Source: Candidatus Poseidoniaceae archaeon
GTDB lineage: Archaea > Thermoplasmatota > Poseidoniia > Poseidoniales > Poseidoniaceae
DNA length: 64,000 nucleotides
Direction of reading: 5' to 3'
NCBI GenBank assembly: GCA_949373095.1
Contig: CASIBY010000001.1
Coordinates: 1,467-65,466, forward strand
Under the pieces are notes generated by a model. That model was not told where the DNA came from, did no database searches, and worked only from the letters and a program-made list of their open reading frames with translations. The translations under genes were made by a program, and so were the position numbers. This document shows positions 29,487 through 39,627 of this stretch, piece after piece (position 1 is the first letter of the stretch; each line of letters opens with the position of its first letter).

Positions 29487-30215
29487 TCATCCTTGGACAG
29501 TTTCCAATCCTTCCGTTCCCATATCCCATCCGTAGGGCCATCCCTGTTCATCTACGAACACAATGTTGACGCCATGTCCTGATTTATGAAATCCAATGAG
29601 TTGAATTTCATGGATGCTATGACCACTTGGGGCTTTTCCAAGAATAGGTAGGCGATGGCGTGCGAAGAATGAACGTTTTCGGGGGACGTTTTCTTTGCCT
29701 ACTGCTTTCATTGAGCGACGAGTTCCCTCAACATCATCAAACCATGGAAGAGGGCCTTCAGGAGAAAACCTCAATCCCAAAATCATGTCAATTCCACTGG
29801 TTTCTTGCGCAGCATCTGCATCGGGTCCACTTGGAATCGCTGGTGCGTTTGGATGTGTGTGGAGCCAATGTGTAAATCGTCCCGCTCTTGAGCCCCGCTC
29901 ACTCGAGAACATGTCGTCCGTCCAATCCTCTGGAAGATGATGGACTGAGTAAGAATCTCCCCGATTTACAATGTGTGCTTCACTGATGACGTAGCCCTGC
30001 CCTTGGAACAAATTTCTATGAACTTCATCACCTGAAAAATACTCATCGACTTGAGGTTTATGGGGTTGATTCGGGTCAATGTCGATCCCAACAAGAATTT
30101 CGTCTGGAAGCGCCTGTAAGGCCCACCAAACGAGCGACTGAAATACATGTCCTGGGACATGAACTTGAGCCATGTAACCGCTACGCTGCTCGTAAGAATC
30201 CCGGTTGTAAGACAT
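29487..30215 (-). CDS. JAB/MPN+ (JAMM) domain protein
   Basis: ALPDEILVG ... WLHTHPNAPAIPSGPD JAMM motif. Start is uncertain (30215 or 30173). Confidence 0.82.
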   Translation of the reverse strand: MSYNRDSYEQRSGYMAQVHVPGHVFQSLVWWALQALPDEILVGIDIDPNQPHKPQVDEYFSGDEVHRNLFQGQGYVISEAHIVNRGDSYSVHHLPEDWTDDMFSSERGSRAGRFTHWLHTHPNAPAIPSGPDADAAQETSGIDMILGLRFSPEGPLPWFDDVEGTRRSMKAVGKENVPRKRSFFARHRLPILGKAPSGHSIHEIQLIGFHKSGHGVNIVFVDEQGWPYGWDMGTEGLETVQG

Positions 30216-30323
30216 CATCAATGCCCCTAACCATTCCTCCACCATGAACTGCCCAAGGAGAAGTTCATCATCAAGGGTCCGACGAGGACAATCTTTGAAA
30301 AAGGGTAATGTCAAGGATAAGCC

Positions 30324-31058
30324 ATGGCGAAGAAGAAGGGTGGATTCGGGCGGTTTCTCGGGGCAATCACCGGTAGCCCTTACGAAAAGCTGTTGAAACA
30401 GGTCGACAAACTGACTGAACAGTACAGCGAGGAAGAAGAAGAACTCGCTTCACATCTCGAAGCACTGGTCGACCAAGCAGGCGACCTTTTCGAAGCTGAG
30501 GAAATTGATGAAGAAGAGCATGATCTGCTTATCGAAGCCATTGAAGAAGCCGACCCAGAAGGCCGTGTATTCGGGAAACTAGGGACTGAAGAGGATGCAT
30601 TTTATGCAGGCGACGTACCAAATGCACCCGAACTTGAGATGGGGAAGCGGATTGATCTGGACGACCTCATGAAATCCAAGGGTGACGAATTCACCGGAAG
30701 TTTTGGAAAAGAAGAGTTTGATGAATTTCGTGAAAAAATGACCGATGATTTCTATCAAGAGTCTGACAATGCTATACGTCAAGGTGATCACCAAGCAGAG
30801 ATTCGAACAACAAACCGTGTGTTTGGAGGTGCCGAATCAGATGTTGACGATGCTAAGCGCCGTATTGCCGAAGAATCGGGAATGGCGAACCCCACTGCCG
30901 CCGAAGAAGTTGAGGAAGTTGTTGAAGAAGAATACGAAGACGAAGGTGATGAAAATTATTCCATCGACGAAAACGGTGTTGAATGGTTTGAGGATGAAGA
31001 TGGCTACTGGTGGTATCGAGAAGAAGGCCAGGCTGACTGGCAACCTTACGAAGAGTGA
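30324..31058 (+). CDS. Highly acidic hypothetical protein with Trp-rich C-terminal module
   Basis: 244-aa ORF with a TTGAAA element 23 nt upstream. Ends DENGVEWFEDEDGYWWYREEGQADWQPY. Confidence 0.75.
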   Translation: MAKKKGGFGRFLGAITGSPYEKLLKQVDKLTEQYSEEEEELASHLEALVDQAGDLFEAEEIDEEEHDLLIEAIEEADPEGRVFGKLGTEEDAFYAGDVPNAPELEMGKRIDLDDLMKSKGDEFTGSFGKEEFDEFREKMTDDFYQESDNAIRQGDHQAEIRTTNRVFGGAESDVDDAKRRIAEESGMANPTAAEEVEEVVEEEYEDEGDENYSIDENGVEWFEDEDGYWWYREEGQADWQPYEE

Positions 31059-31396
31059 CCGGGCCAAATGCCCAGTTGTGTCACATTGAATTTGACTGTT
31101 CCATAATTCGCACCGAGTTCAACCATTGCTTGATTTTTAGAGGATTCACTCGACATTGCAACGATGATATCCGGTCTCATGACTTGAGATTCAAGGAGTT
31201 TTTCTAAAACCTCATAACCACTGAGTGGGGCCATAAAATGGTCAAGAAGCAGCACGTCTGGACTGAAGGATTCAATGTGTTCAAGAGCATCACTGGAATC
31301 CCAACGTTGTTGAAATGTCACACCGCTCAAGTCAATTCCTGCAGATACAAACATGGCTTCCATGTCATAGATGTCTTCAAACGCGAGAACTCGCAT
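31046..31396 (-). CDS. Stand-alone response regulator receiver domain
   Basis: VLAFED, PDVLLLDHFM..LSGYEVL, AMSS and GAN...K receiver motifs. Confidence 0.8.
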   Translation of the reverse strand: MRVLAFEDIYDMEAMFVSAGIDLSGVTFQQRWDSSDALEHIESFSPDVLLLDHFMAPLSGYEVLEKLLESQVMRPDIIVAMSSESSKNQAMVELGANYGTVKFNVTQLGIWPGHSS

Positions 31397-31405
31397 AAGG
31401 TTCCC

Positions 31406-33322
31406 TCATTCTGGAATTGGCTGCTGTTCCCACCATGGTGGAGCAAAGAACCACCGTTCATCGTCCACCGGCCGGTCAATCAATGGCAGACTGAGGGTTG
31501 AAGACGAATCAAAGTTCACATTTAGCCCAATAGTTGCGCACGGGCTAGGAAGGTAGTCTTCTCCGCTCTCGGTAAGGACGATTTCAAGTTGTGAGCCCGC
31601 AGTCAATACGACGTCCATGGGGTTGAATTCCATGAGCATCGTATAGGTTTGGAACGGTAGAGCAGTTTTTGCTTCATAGCCTCCGTCACGATAACGAACA
31701 TCCATTGTTGCATGGCCAAGTCGCAGGCCGTCTCCGTACATGGTTGCAAAGATTTGGCCACCCTGGCACGCTAGTGTATCAACAGAGAGGTGGAGTGTAG
31801 GCATTCCAGAGATGTGAATCGCTTCTTCAAAAGGCTCGAGTTGGAACGAACGTTGATTGTTGGCATTGACCGTACCTCCCGATCCGTCGGCGGTGTCCAG
31901 CGTTACGGGCCACCACGTCATGTCTTCTGGTGGCCAAGTTTCCTCAACGTGCCATTTCCCATCATTTGTTTGGATTTGCACCATAGGTTCAGGTTCCTCT
32001 CCGATATCCTTGAGATAGTAGTTGAACCAAGCAAAGAGTTCGACTGCCCAATCCATTCTGCTCATGTTGGGGTATGCTTCTCTCCCGTAGCCAGACGATA
32101 GTTCGCTGTGTCGGTCTGGCTGGTCTGGGTAATTGTGTGCCCACTGGCCTGAAATTGCTCGGGCATTGATTCCGGCATCCCGAAGCAGCTGATACGTGGG
32201 GAAGGCATGATACGGGTCAACGTTCCAATCTTGAAGTCCCCATACCAAATACACACTTCCTCGATAGTTCTCAAGAACATCTGGAAGGTGGCGTCGTTCG
32301 TCCCAGTAATCGTTCCATTCAGCCCCGCCAAATTCTGCTCCGGCCCATGTGGAAAACGGGTTTAGAGGGCCGATGAGGTCGTCGCTGCACATGCGCATGT
32401 CATCGGTTGTCCCGTCAGTTGTTGCACCCTCGTATAGAGCGTCGTAGAGCATGGCTCTGGATTCTGAGGAGCCGTTACGATAGAACATTTCTTGCACTCC
32501 GATAGAACCGGAAATAGGTACGATCGTCTTCAGATGTTCTGATGGTTGTTGTGCAGCTTCCCAGTTGGTTGTTCCAGCATATGATTTGCCCATCAAGCCT
32601 ACATTACCATTGGACCACTCCTGCTCACCGAGCCAGTCGACAACGGCTTGTATTCCAGTTTGTTCCCCCAAGCCTTTCACATCTTGGCAGTGTGTTGATT
32701 GCCCTGTTCCAAATGTTGAGGCTTGAGCCAAGGCGTATCCGTGAGGGACAAAGGTATCGTAAACCCATTTTCCAACACCGCCGTCAGGCACGGTGTTAGG
32801 GGAGGAGTCATCGCCTACTACCCCTTCTCCACCGAAGTCATAGTACGGATGAATGGTCATGATGACCGGAATTTTCTCGCCTTCTGGGACGTCAGGAAGC
32901 CATAGAGCGACATGCATCAGTGCGTCCCCTGGAAATCCAAGGTCTTGTTCACTTGCAGGCAGGTCAACTTCGATGAAATGTTCCTCGTAAGGTAGGGCCT
33001 CATAGGTTCCATTCACGGGGAGTTGGGCCCGTAGTGTGTCCATAGGGAGGTCCATTGTGTGACGAAGTTCCAGAGGAGTTTCCCACCACTCACCAGAAAA
33101 CGCACCGTTTTCTTTGGCAGATTGAGTGAGGTTTGTACCAAGCGTCATGGCGAGCATGAGGAAAACGATAGAGATGGCTATAGTCGCCCCAGCGGAGAGG
33201 TTCAATTGTCGCCTTCCTTTTCCTTCAACCGGCTCAAATGGAGCCGCTTCGGAGGTCGGAGTTTCAATAAGGTCAGCATCGAGCGTCAAACTCGCACTGA
33301 TGACCTTCCCTACGGCGCTCAT
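31406..33322 (-). CDS. CocE/NonD family hydrolase (peptidase S15-like), membrane-anchored
   Basis: WSNGNVGLMGKSYAG nucleophile elbow, GLQDWNV, GQWAH and a C-terminal PepX domain. Confidence 0.9.
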   Translation of the reverse strand: MSAVGKVISASLTLDADLIETPTSEAAPFEPVEGKGRRQLNLSAGATIAISIVFLMLAMTLGTNLTQSAKENGAFSGEWWETPLELRHTMDLPMDTLRAQLPVNGTYEALPYEEHFIEVDLPASEQDLGFPGDALMHVALWLPDVPEGEKIPVIMTIHPYYDFGGEGVVGDDSSPNTVPDGGVGKWVYDTFVPHGYALAQASTFGTGQSTHCQDVKGLGEQTGIQAVVDWLGEQEWSNGNVGLMGKSYAGTTNWEAAQQPSEHLKTIVPISGSIGVQEMFYRNGSSESRAMLYDALYEGATTDGTTDDMRMCSDDLIGPLNPFSTWAGAEFGGAEWNDYWDERRHLPDVLENYRGSVYLVWGLQDWNVDPYHAFPTYQLLRDAGINARAISGQWAHNYPDQPDRHSELSSGYGREAYPNMSRMDWAVELFAWFNYYLKDIGEEPEPMVQIQTNDGKWHVEETWPPEDMTWWPVTLDTADGSGGTVNANNQRSFQLEPFEEAIHISGMPTLHLSVDTLACQGGQIFATMYGDGLRLGHATMDVRYRDGGYEAKTALPFQTYTMLMEFNPMDVVLTAGSQLEIVLTESGEDYLPSPCATIGLNVNFDSSSTLSLPLIDRPVDDERWFFAPPWWEQQPIPE

Positions 33323-33368
33323 GCTACGACGAACGAGTTCAGTCTCAAGAGGCTGACGCTTTGGAGTT

Positions 33369-33764
33369 TCACGCTGTAGGGTCAGCATCAACACTTGGAA
33401 TCGCTCGCAAGAGTGCCATGGTATGAAGGAGAATCCCCATGGCGAGGACCGCGTGAATCAACGAAACCCAATGCATCTTAGCAAACATCTCTCCCATGCC
33501 GTATTGAATAACCCACACGAAAAGCAATCCAAACGACATACCCTTGACCTTGGAATTATCAGTCCTAGACATGATGACGAGCGCCACCAAAGCGAGGCAG
33601 GCTAACAAGCCGATTTGAGCGGTCCATGCATGGCTGGAGGCAGTATTGTAATCGTACATTGATGACAAACCGGTCGATGCTTGACTGAGAGTTGTTATAA
33701 TGACGAGGATGACCATCCATCTGGCGTATTTGAGCGTGTTTAGATTGGTTGAAGATTCTTCCAT
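33369..33764 (-). CDS. Small 4-TM membrane protein
   Basis: Four hydrophobic helices with spaced His residues. Confidence 0.65.
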   Translation of the reverse strand: MEESSTNLNTLKYARWMVILVIITTLSQASTGLSSMYDYNTASSHAWTAQIGLLACLALVALVIMSRTDNSKVKGMSFGLLFVWVIQYGMGEMFAKMHWVSLIHAVLAMGILLHTMALLRAIPSVDADPTA

Positions 33765-33854
33765 GCTCTGAAATACAACTCCTGCTTTTTGTGTGTAGCG
33801 GTCTTTTCTCTCATCACCCGCACGATTCATGGGGGAGATGCTCCTAGGACAACC

Positions 33855-34838
33855 ATGACTCGCCCGATGGTGATACGGTCGCTCCTTATGGTGAGCCTGT
33901 TTCTAACCGTCTTGCTCCCCTCAACCATAGGGGCGCAACAACCCCAACCGTTGTGGCGCAGTAACGGCCTTGACCCAACGCAATGGGAGGACCGCCCTGA
34001 GACAGAAGATTCACCGATGATGGATTCGTACAAAGGAAATGCTATCATCAAACTTCAAGTGACCTATCAAGAAGGACATTTATCGGGACAAACCGAGGGG
34101 ACCATCATCATTGAATTGTTTGAACAGTGGGCTCCCATTACAACGGATAACATGATTTCCCATGTTGAATCGGGATTGTATGATGGTATCTTTTTCCACC
34201 GGGTCATCAATGATTTTGTAACTCAGTCGGGTGACCCCACATGCAAAACCGTCGGCGCCTATCCTGCTACAAACCCATCCTGTGGGAGCGGGGGTACAGG
34301 CGAGACCATTCCCCTTGAACTCAACGACAACCTTTCTCACGTAGATGGTGCCCTTGGAATGGCTCGTGGCCAAGAACCAGATTCAGCAGACGCACAATGG
34401 TACATCGCTGAAACAGAGGCCCACAATTTAGACCCTGAAAACCGAGATGACGAAGGCTATGCTACCTTCGGAATCGTCCGGGACGGAATGACACACATCC
34501 GAGCAATTGCTGAGACTCCAACATCAGATGAACCGACAGGAACCGATGTTGACAATCCGTTTTCCTCTGCTGGAAGGCCCCTTTATCAAGCAAAAATCAA
34601 CTCGATGCAAATGATTGGAGTTGCAGACCCAGACGGCACAATTCAGAACCCTCCTGCGGATGAAGTTGAGAGCAATTCCATTGTTGAAACAGCTGTGAAG
34701 GTCCTTACCATCCCGCTTGTTTTGCTGCTATTGGCTGCGATTCCATTTTTTGTCTATCGCGGGCGCAGTGATAATCCTTTAAATATGTACAAAGATGCTG
34801 TTATTATTGATGCAGAACTTGTTGATGACGGGCCGTGA
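33855..34838 (+). CDS. Cyclophilin-type peptidyl-prolyl isomerase, exported and membrane-anchored
   Basis: APITTDN, YDGIFFHRVI.DFVTQSGDP, GALGMAR, SADAQWYI and YATFG motifs. Signal peptide and C-terminal TM. Confidence 0.93.
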   Translation: MTRPMVIRSLLMVSLFLTVLLPSTIGAQQPQPLWRSNGLDPTQWEDRPETEDSPMMDSYKGNAIIKLQVTYQEGHLSGQTEGTIIIELFEQWAPITTDNMISHVESGLYDGIFFHRVINDFVTQSGDPTCKTVGAYPATNPSCGSGGTGETIPLELNDNLSHVDGALGMARGQEPDSADAQWYIAETEAHNLDPENRDDEGYATFGIVRDGMTHIRAIAETPTSDEPTGTDVDNPFSSAGRPLYQAKINSMQMIGVADPDGTIQNPPADEVESNSIVETAVKVLTIPLVLLLLAAIPFFVYRGRSDNPLNMYKDAVIIDAELVDDGP

Positions 34839-34842
34839 TCTT

Positions 34843-35412
34843 ATGGAATTCTCAAATCGGTTCACTCTAGGCTTGGTACTTTGCCTGCTTCTCTCTGGTT
34901 GTATCTCTTCTGAACCAGTTTTAGAGCAACGTGAGAATGCGATGGATGAACCACCTATTGCAGAAGCACAAGGTGTACCCGAATGGACGGCAACTGCCCA
35001 TAATAGTACTCAATTTAACCGAACGATGATGTCACAAGGAGCGTACATCGCTTATTTCTCAGCACCATGGTGTTCACATTGTGAAGCCACCCTCGATGCT
35101 TACGACCACGTGATTCCGAATGGCCAAATGATGGTTTTTTCCCAAGATGATGATCCGGAATTTTCCAACATGAGTGCGTGGCACGAAACTACAGAATCCA
35201 ATCTCAATCGGTCCATTGAACGACCGTTCATGCTCATGCCGGAGTTTGCGACTGAAATGGGTGTTATGTCAATCCCCCACGTCGCTTTTGTCAACGAACA
35301 AGGGTATATTTTCCAAACCGAAATTGGAAAGCGAACGAATCAAACCATGATCGGAGAGATATGGAATGCAACATTGAACTCAAGCTATAACACAACAACT
35401 GGATGGTCATGA
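34843..35412 (+). CDS. Thioredoxin-like lipoprotein
   Basis: Lipobox LLSGC, FSAPWCSHC and SIPH (cis-Pro). Confidence 0.85.
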   Translation: MEFSNRFTLGLVLCLLLSGCISSEPVLEQRENAMDEPPIAEAQGVPEWTATAHNSTQFNRTMMSQGAYIAYFSAPWCSHCEATLDAYDHVIPNGQMMVFSQDDDPEFSNMSAWHETTESNLNRSIERPFMLMPEFATEMGVMSIPHVAFVNEQGYIFQTEIGKRTNQTMIGEIWNATLNSSYNTTTGWS

Positions 35413-36570
35413 TTCCTTAGGTCGACATTCAACATCAAATACTACGTGACGGACATGAGGGGCATACCATTTAACGCGTTCAAGATGGTCGCCTCGAATT
35501 GAAAACCCAAGCTCCATAGCATCACTTAGGGATTGAAATTGGTTAATTGCACTGTCTTTCCAATCCTCAATTTCTTCTTCTTTCACATTCATGTGGACAT
35601 GTAACCATCCCCCCGTTGTCTTGAGAGCTTGTAGGGACATCCCCCAAACGGCTTCTGATGATGGAATTAAGCCAAGATGACAGCGGTCAGCGATTCCTTT
35701 GAGTTGTGGGAGTGAGACCTGATTATCTCCCTGATAAACGGTAATCTTGTCAGCAATGCCGTTCGCTTCCGCTCCGCGAAGCAAACCATCGATGGATGGT
35801 GGATTCATTTCGCACGCATGCACATGATTTGCACCCGCATTGATGAGCATAGGGAAGGAGTAGTATCCAATTCCTGCATAAGCATCAACGATGGTTTCTC
35901 CATTCATGTCCATTGCACCTATTCGTCGACGTTCTGTGACATTGCCGGAAGAAAACATGACTTTGCACGCATCAAACTCATAGTGAATTCCATGGTCAAT
36001 GAAGTTCACATATGAACTGCCGAGAAGAAGAACAGCCTGGGATGAACGAACGGTATCCTTGGCAACAGGTGATTGGATGCCAACACTTGTTACATTCAGG
36101 GCGGAAGCAACGGCACGCCAAAGTTCATATCGTTCTTCGTTAGAGGTTTCCGTCCAAATGTTTTGACCGAAACTACCCGAGGGAAAGAGAATAAGTTCTC
36201 CAAGGCGCTCCCATTTATTGGGAAGTGTATCCAAGAATGCTTGCTGGTTTGCTAAGGCTTCGTTAGAAGCCAGATGCTTCAGCCAATTTCTCACAACCTC
36301 TTGAATTCGGGTGTGTGGGTCAACCTTTTCCATCATGTGGGGGGTGTGTTTTATCAGCCGCAGAGGTTGATTTGTTATGGCTGAAATCTCGTTCTTCAAG
36401 AGTTCCGAGAACTCCACTGAACGAAGAGGGAAAGCAATGAAATCCTTTTCATGTTCAACCGGAGAGATATGTGGATGTAAGACTTCATTCGATTTGAGCA
36501 GAGCATGAATACGCTCTCCTAGAATCCGATGAACAGCAAGGAACGGATGACCGCTTTCCTCATGGTTCAT
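35407..36570 (-). CDS. Trm5/Tyw2 family SAM-dependent tRNA-modifying enzyme (Taw2-like)
   Basis: KVMFSSGNVTERRR, DAYAGIGYY, ADRCHLGLIPSS and VKWYAPHVRHVVFD motifs. Confidence 0.85.
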   Translation of the reverse strand: MNHEESGHPFLAVHRILGERIHALLKSNEVLHPHISPVEHEKDFIAFPLRSVEFSELLKNEISAITNQPLRLIKHTPHMMEKVDPHTRIQEVVRNWLKHLASNEALANQQAFLDTLPNKWERLGELILFPSGSFGQNIWTETSNEERYELWRAVASALNVTSVGIQSPVAKDTVRSSQAVLLLGSSYVNFIDHGIHYEFDACKVMFSSGNVTERRRIGAMDMNGETIVDAYAGIGYYSFPMLINAGANHVHACEMNPPSIDGLLRGAEANGIADKITVYQGDNQVSLPQLKGIADRCHLGLIPSSEAVWGMSLQALKTTGGWLHVHMNVKEEEIEDWKDSAINQFQSLSDAMELGFSIRGDHLERVKWYAPHVRHVVFDVECRPKES

Positions 36571-36621
36571 GGTAGGGGCATGAGGGGAACTCCTTTCAAG
36601 TTCCCGTTCTTAGCCGGTACG

Positions 36622-39600
36622 ATGTCGGAACTAATCTTCGGGAAGAATCGCTCCAATCCGCTCATTCCAACTCTTCTTGTCGGATTTCTTTTCCTTCAGA
36701 TTTGGGCCCCTCTTGCGAGTGCTGCTGGTATGCAATCCTGCAGTTCTCTTGGTGGTGAGTGTGACGAATACGACCACGCAGAGGATATGACTCCTAATCG
36801 GCAGGATTGGGTAGAAGGAATGTATGTTTTTGATTTGGTTTCAACCCAAACCATCGAACTTGAACTCACCTGGGCTGTTCGTGAATTCGAGCGAGATTCG
36901 CTTGGGCTTGGTTCAGGAACAATCATAGGGAACACTCTTGAAAATACCGATGGACTTGATTCTAATGACGGAGCACCTGCTGATTTAATTCGTGAAATGT
37001 TTAACACAGAAACTGGTGGAAGTGGAACTCCAACGGTGGGTCAAAAACTGAAAAACGAAGTTAATAATGCCATCGAAGAAGCTCTTACCAGCGGGTTTGG
37101 AACCGTGACGAGCTTGAGTACAAATTATGTGAATCAATACACCAATGCAGGCACGGTCACGCAATGTTCAACTGATGAAGCAACCGACTCTGCCGCTGAA
37201 GGGGCCAGTCAAGACAACGTGTTTGAACCCCCTTTGTGCTTTACAGCGGTAGCTTCTGTAGAATTGATCTCCTCGAATTTCAATCTCGCCGGCAATGAAA
37301 ATTTAGACCTTGAGCGCACCTACAAGGGGCTTTTGACCATGGGTGCAGACATTAACACCGGGTTTGAGTTGACGACACAACCGGGTCACAAAGCAGACTT
37401 CATCATCAATCCCCCAGCCTACTCTACGGTCTTGTCAGTTGACGATAACGGGTCGCTTGTTGCCCGTAATGGACCTCCTAGTTATTGGGCTGCAGAATGG
37501 TCCATGAACCACCTCACTGCTCAAGAAGTGGACACTGATTTGCTTCAAACAGTTGACCTGAAAATGGGCCATCGCAACTCATCACAAACCCCTACGGTTT
37601 GGGTGGCTGAAGGAACAAAAGCCCTTGACCTGAACCTTGTTTTGGATTTACGGGATGAAAATGCGGCCACGATTGATTTTGTAGCAGGCTTGTATTATCT
37701 GGATGAAGCCACGCTCTCCGATTGGGGGATTAACATGTTTGAAGTTTCATCGGATGCCAGTATTCCATTGATTACTTCCGATGGAATACGTCTCGCATAC
37801 CATAACGGCATTGTTGACCTTACACAGTTTACCGACCAATTTCCGATTGGGGATATTGTGGAGGGAATTGGTTCTACGGTAGCAGGTGTGGGAGACATCA
37901 CAATGAGTGACCTTGAATGGGTTTCTGAATCGGATGGAACCGGGAATTTCGAACAGCCTGGAGGGCTTAATTACACCCACTCTGCAGGTTGCTCAGAACC
38001 TGTTTTATCAGGTCAAGAGTTGAATTATTGCCTCGAAGGTTCGGTTGCAATGGATGCAACATATCCTGTTTACCTTCAAACAACAAGTGCACCGATTCAG
38101 AACATGAGCTTGATTAGCATTCTCAAGGAATACAACTCCAATGCAATGGTAGATGACTTCCTTGGTGGGGTGCAGCAAAACGATTTGGAGCGTTTGATGA
38201 ACTCAGGAATCACACTTGAAACTGTTCTCGACTCAAGTTACCTCGACGACATTATACCAGATGGTCTTCCGCCATCTGAACTAACCGTTGAAATCCTTGT
38301 CCCTTCTTGGATCACAACCATGGATGGTAGTTCGAAAATCATCTTGACAAAAACGATTGAAGGAACTCAGAGCACAGATGTTTCGTTTACTGGAACAGGC
38401 CCTTCCTATTCGTGGGAAAGTGAAATCAAGAACGATGAAGGTGATGTTCTTTGTTATGCAAATCAAACCACATGCATTAGTAGTAAAATTGACATGGATT
38501 GGGAGAAATTCAGTTTGAACGAATGGAGTCAATCCGTTAGTTTCACCTTTGCCTTGGATGCCGAACTCAGTATTTACAGAATAGGAATCCCTCTTGATGA
38601 CCTCCCACAAGATGAAAAGACCAAAGTTACCATGGAAGCAATTCCATCAGACCTGATTCGCCTCATCATTGACCTGTCCAGTAGGATGGACGAGCCTCTG
38701 GAGACAACAGTTCCGCTTGATGACGAAGAGATCACGATGACGGCTACACGGCAGGGAATGAAAGACTTCACCGAACTTTTCGGAGAAACCATAACAGACC
38801 AGATTCATAAAATAGGAACCGAGATTGAATCAAATGAGAGTATAGAGAAAATGGATTTAAGTGGTTTTGAATTGAAAACTAAAATATCCGGAATCGAGGC
38901 TCCTGATGAAACTATTTCTGACGAAGAACCCATTACGCTGAAGGTTACAATACCAAGAGTTACGTTCACAATTGGACTGGATGTTAATACAGATGAAATA
39001 GGAACTGACGATAATAATCCCCTTTTAGGAGTCGGTATAAGCGTTGTCGCAGATGCCTTGACGACCTCATTTGTTCAACCGATGGAATGGGCAGCTAATG
39101 CCCTTACCTCTGGAATCACCAACTCTATGTTCAACATGAAGGGCATCAGTTATCCTCAAGAATTTAGCACTCCGGCTGTCAATACGACCGTTGAGGATGA
39201 TTATGGCATTGAAATGTCGGGGCCGATATCTTTTACACTCCCTTGGGGAGTTGAAATTCAGGATTGGAATTCAACATCAGGTAATCTCAAAGTGACAGAA
39301 GATGGGGGCCGCCAAACCGTAACTTACCTGATCCCACCAGGTACATTTAGCGATGATATTTCATATACAATACATGTCAGTTGGATGTATTTCTTACTTC
39401 AATTCTGGATTTATCCAACCATCGTAATTCTTCTTTTGGTCCTGTTTATACGACGTCGTCGCAGAAAGAAGAAGGCCAAAAAGAATCGTTTGAAGCAGCG
39501 AGAAAACAACATCAACAAGGCTCAACTTGGAGACAGTGAATTTTCTGACCTCGTAGGGTTTTCCAGTCCAGGACTTCGGCATGGTGAGTCCATAGAGGAC

Positions 39601-39624
39601 ATGGCTTCAATAGACGATTACTGA
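36622..39624 (+). CDS. Large exported protein with C-terminal TM anchor, unknown function
   Basis: Signal peptide, about 900 aa acidic ectodomain, TM and poly-basic stop-transfer segment. TTCAAG at 36595. Confidence 0.75.
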   Translation: MSELIFGKNRSNPLIPTLLVGFLFLQIWAPLASAAGMQSCSSLGGECDEYDHAEDMTPNRQDWVEGMYVFDLVSTQTIELELTWAVREFERDSLGLGSGTIIGNTLENTDGLDSNDGAPADLIREMFNTETGGSGTPTVGQKLKNEVNNAIEEALTSGFGTVTSLSTNYVNQYTNAGTVTQCSTDEATDSAAEGASQDNVFEPPLCFTAVASVELISSNFNLAGNENLDLERTYKGLLTMGADINTGFELTTQPGHKADFIINPPAYSTVLSVDDNGSLVARNGPPSYWAAEWSMNHLTAQEVDTDLLQTVDLKMGHRNSSQTPTVWVAEGTKALDLNLVLDLRDENAATIDFVAGLYYLDEATLSDWGINMFEVSSDASIPLITSDGIRLAYHNGIVDLTQFTDQFPIGDIVEGIGSTVAGVGDITMSDLEWVSESDGTGNFEQPGGLNYTHSAGCSEPVLSGQELNYCLEGSVAMDATYPVYLQTTSAPIQNMSLISILKEYNSNAMVDDFLGGVQQNDLERLMNSGITLETVLDSSYLDDIIPDGLPPSELTVEILVPSWITTMDGSSKIILTKTIEGTQSTDVSFTGTGPSYSWESEIKNDEGDVLCYANQTTCISSKIDMDWEKFSLNEWSQSVSFTFALDAELSIYRIGIPLDDLPQDEKTKVTMEAIPSDLIRLIIDLSSRMDEPLETTVPLDDEEITMTATRQGMKDFTELFGETITDQIHKIGTEIESNESIEKMDLSGFELKTKISGIEAPDETISDEEPITLKVTIPRVTFTIGLDVNTDEIGTDDNNPLLGVGISVVADALTTSFVQPMEWAANALTSGITNSMFNMKGISYPQEFSTPAVNTTVEDDYGIEMSGPISFTLPWGVEIQDWNSTSGNLKVTEDGGRQTVTYLIPPGTFSDDISYTIHVSWMYFLLQFWIYPTIVILLLVLFIRRRRRKKKAKKNRLKQRENNINKAQLGDSEFSDLVGFSSPGLRHGESIEDMASIDDY

Positions 39625-39627
39625 CGC

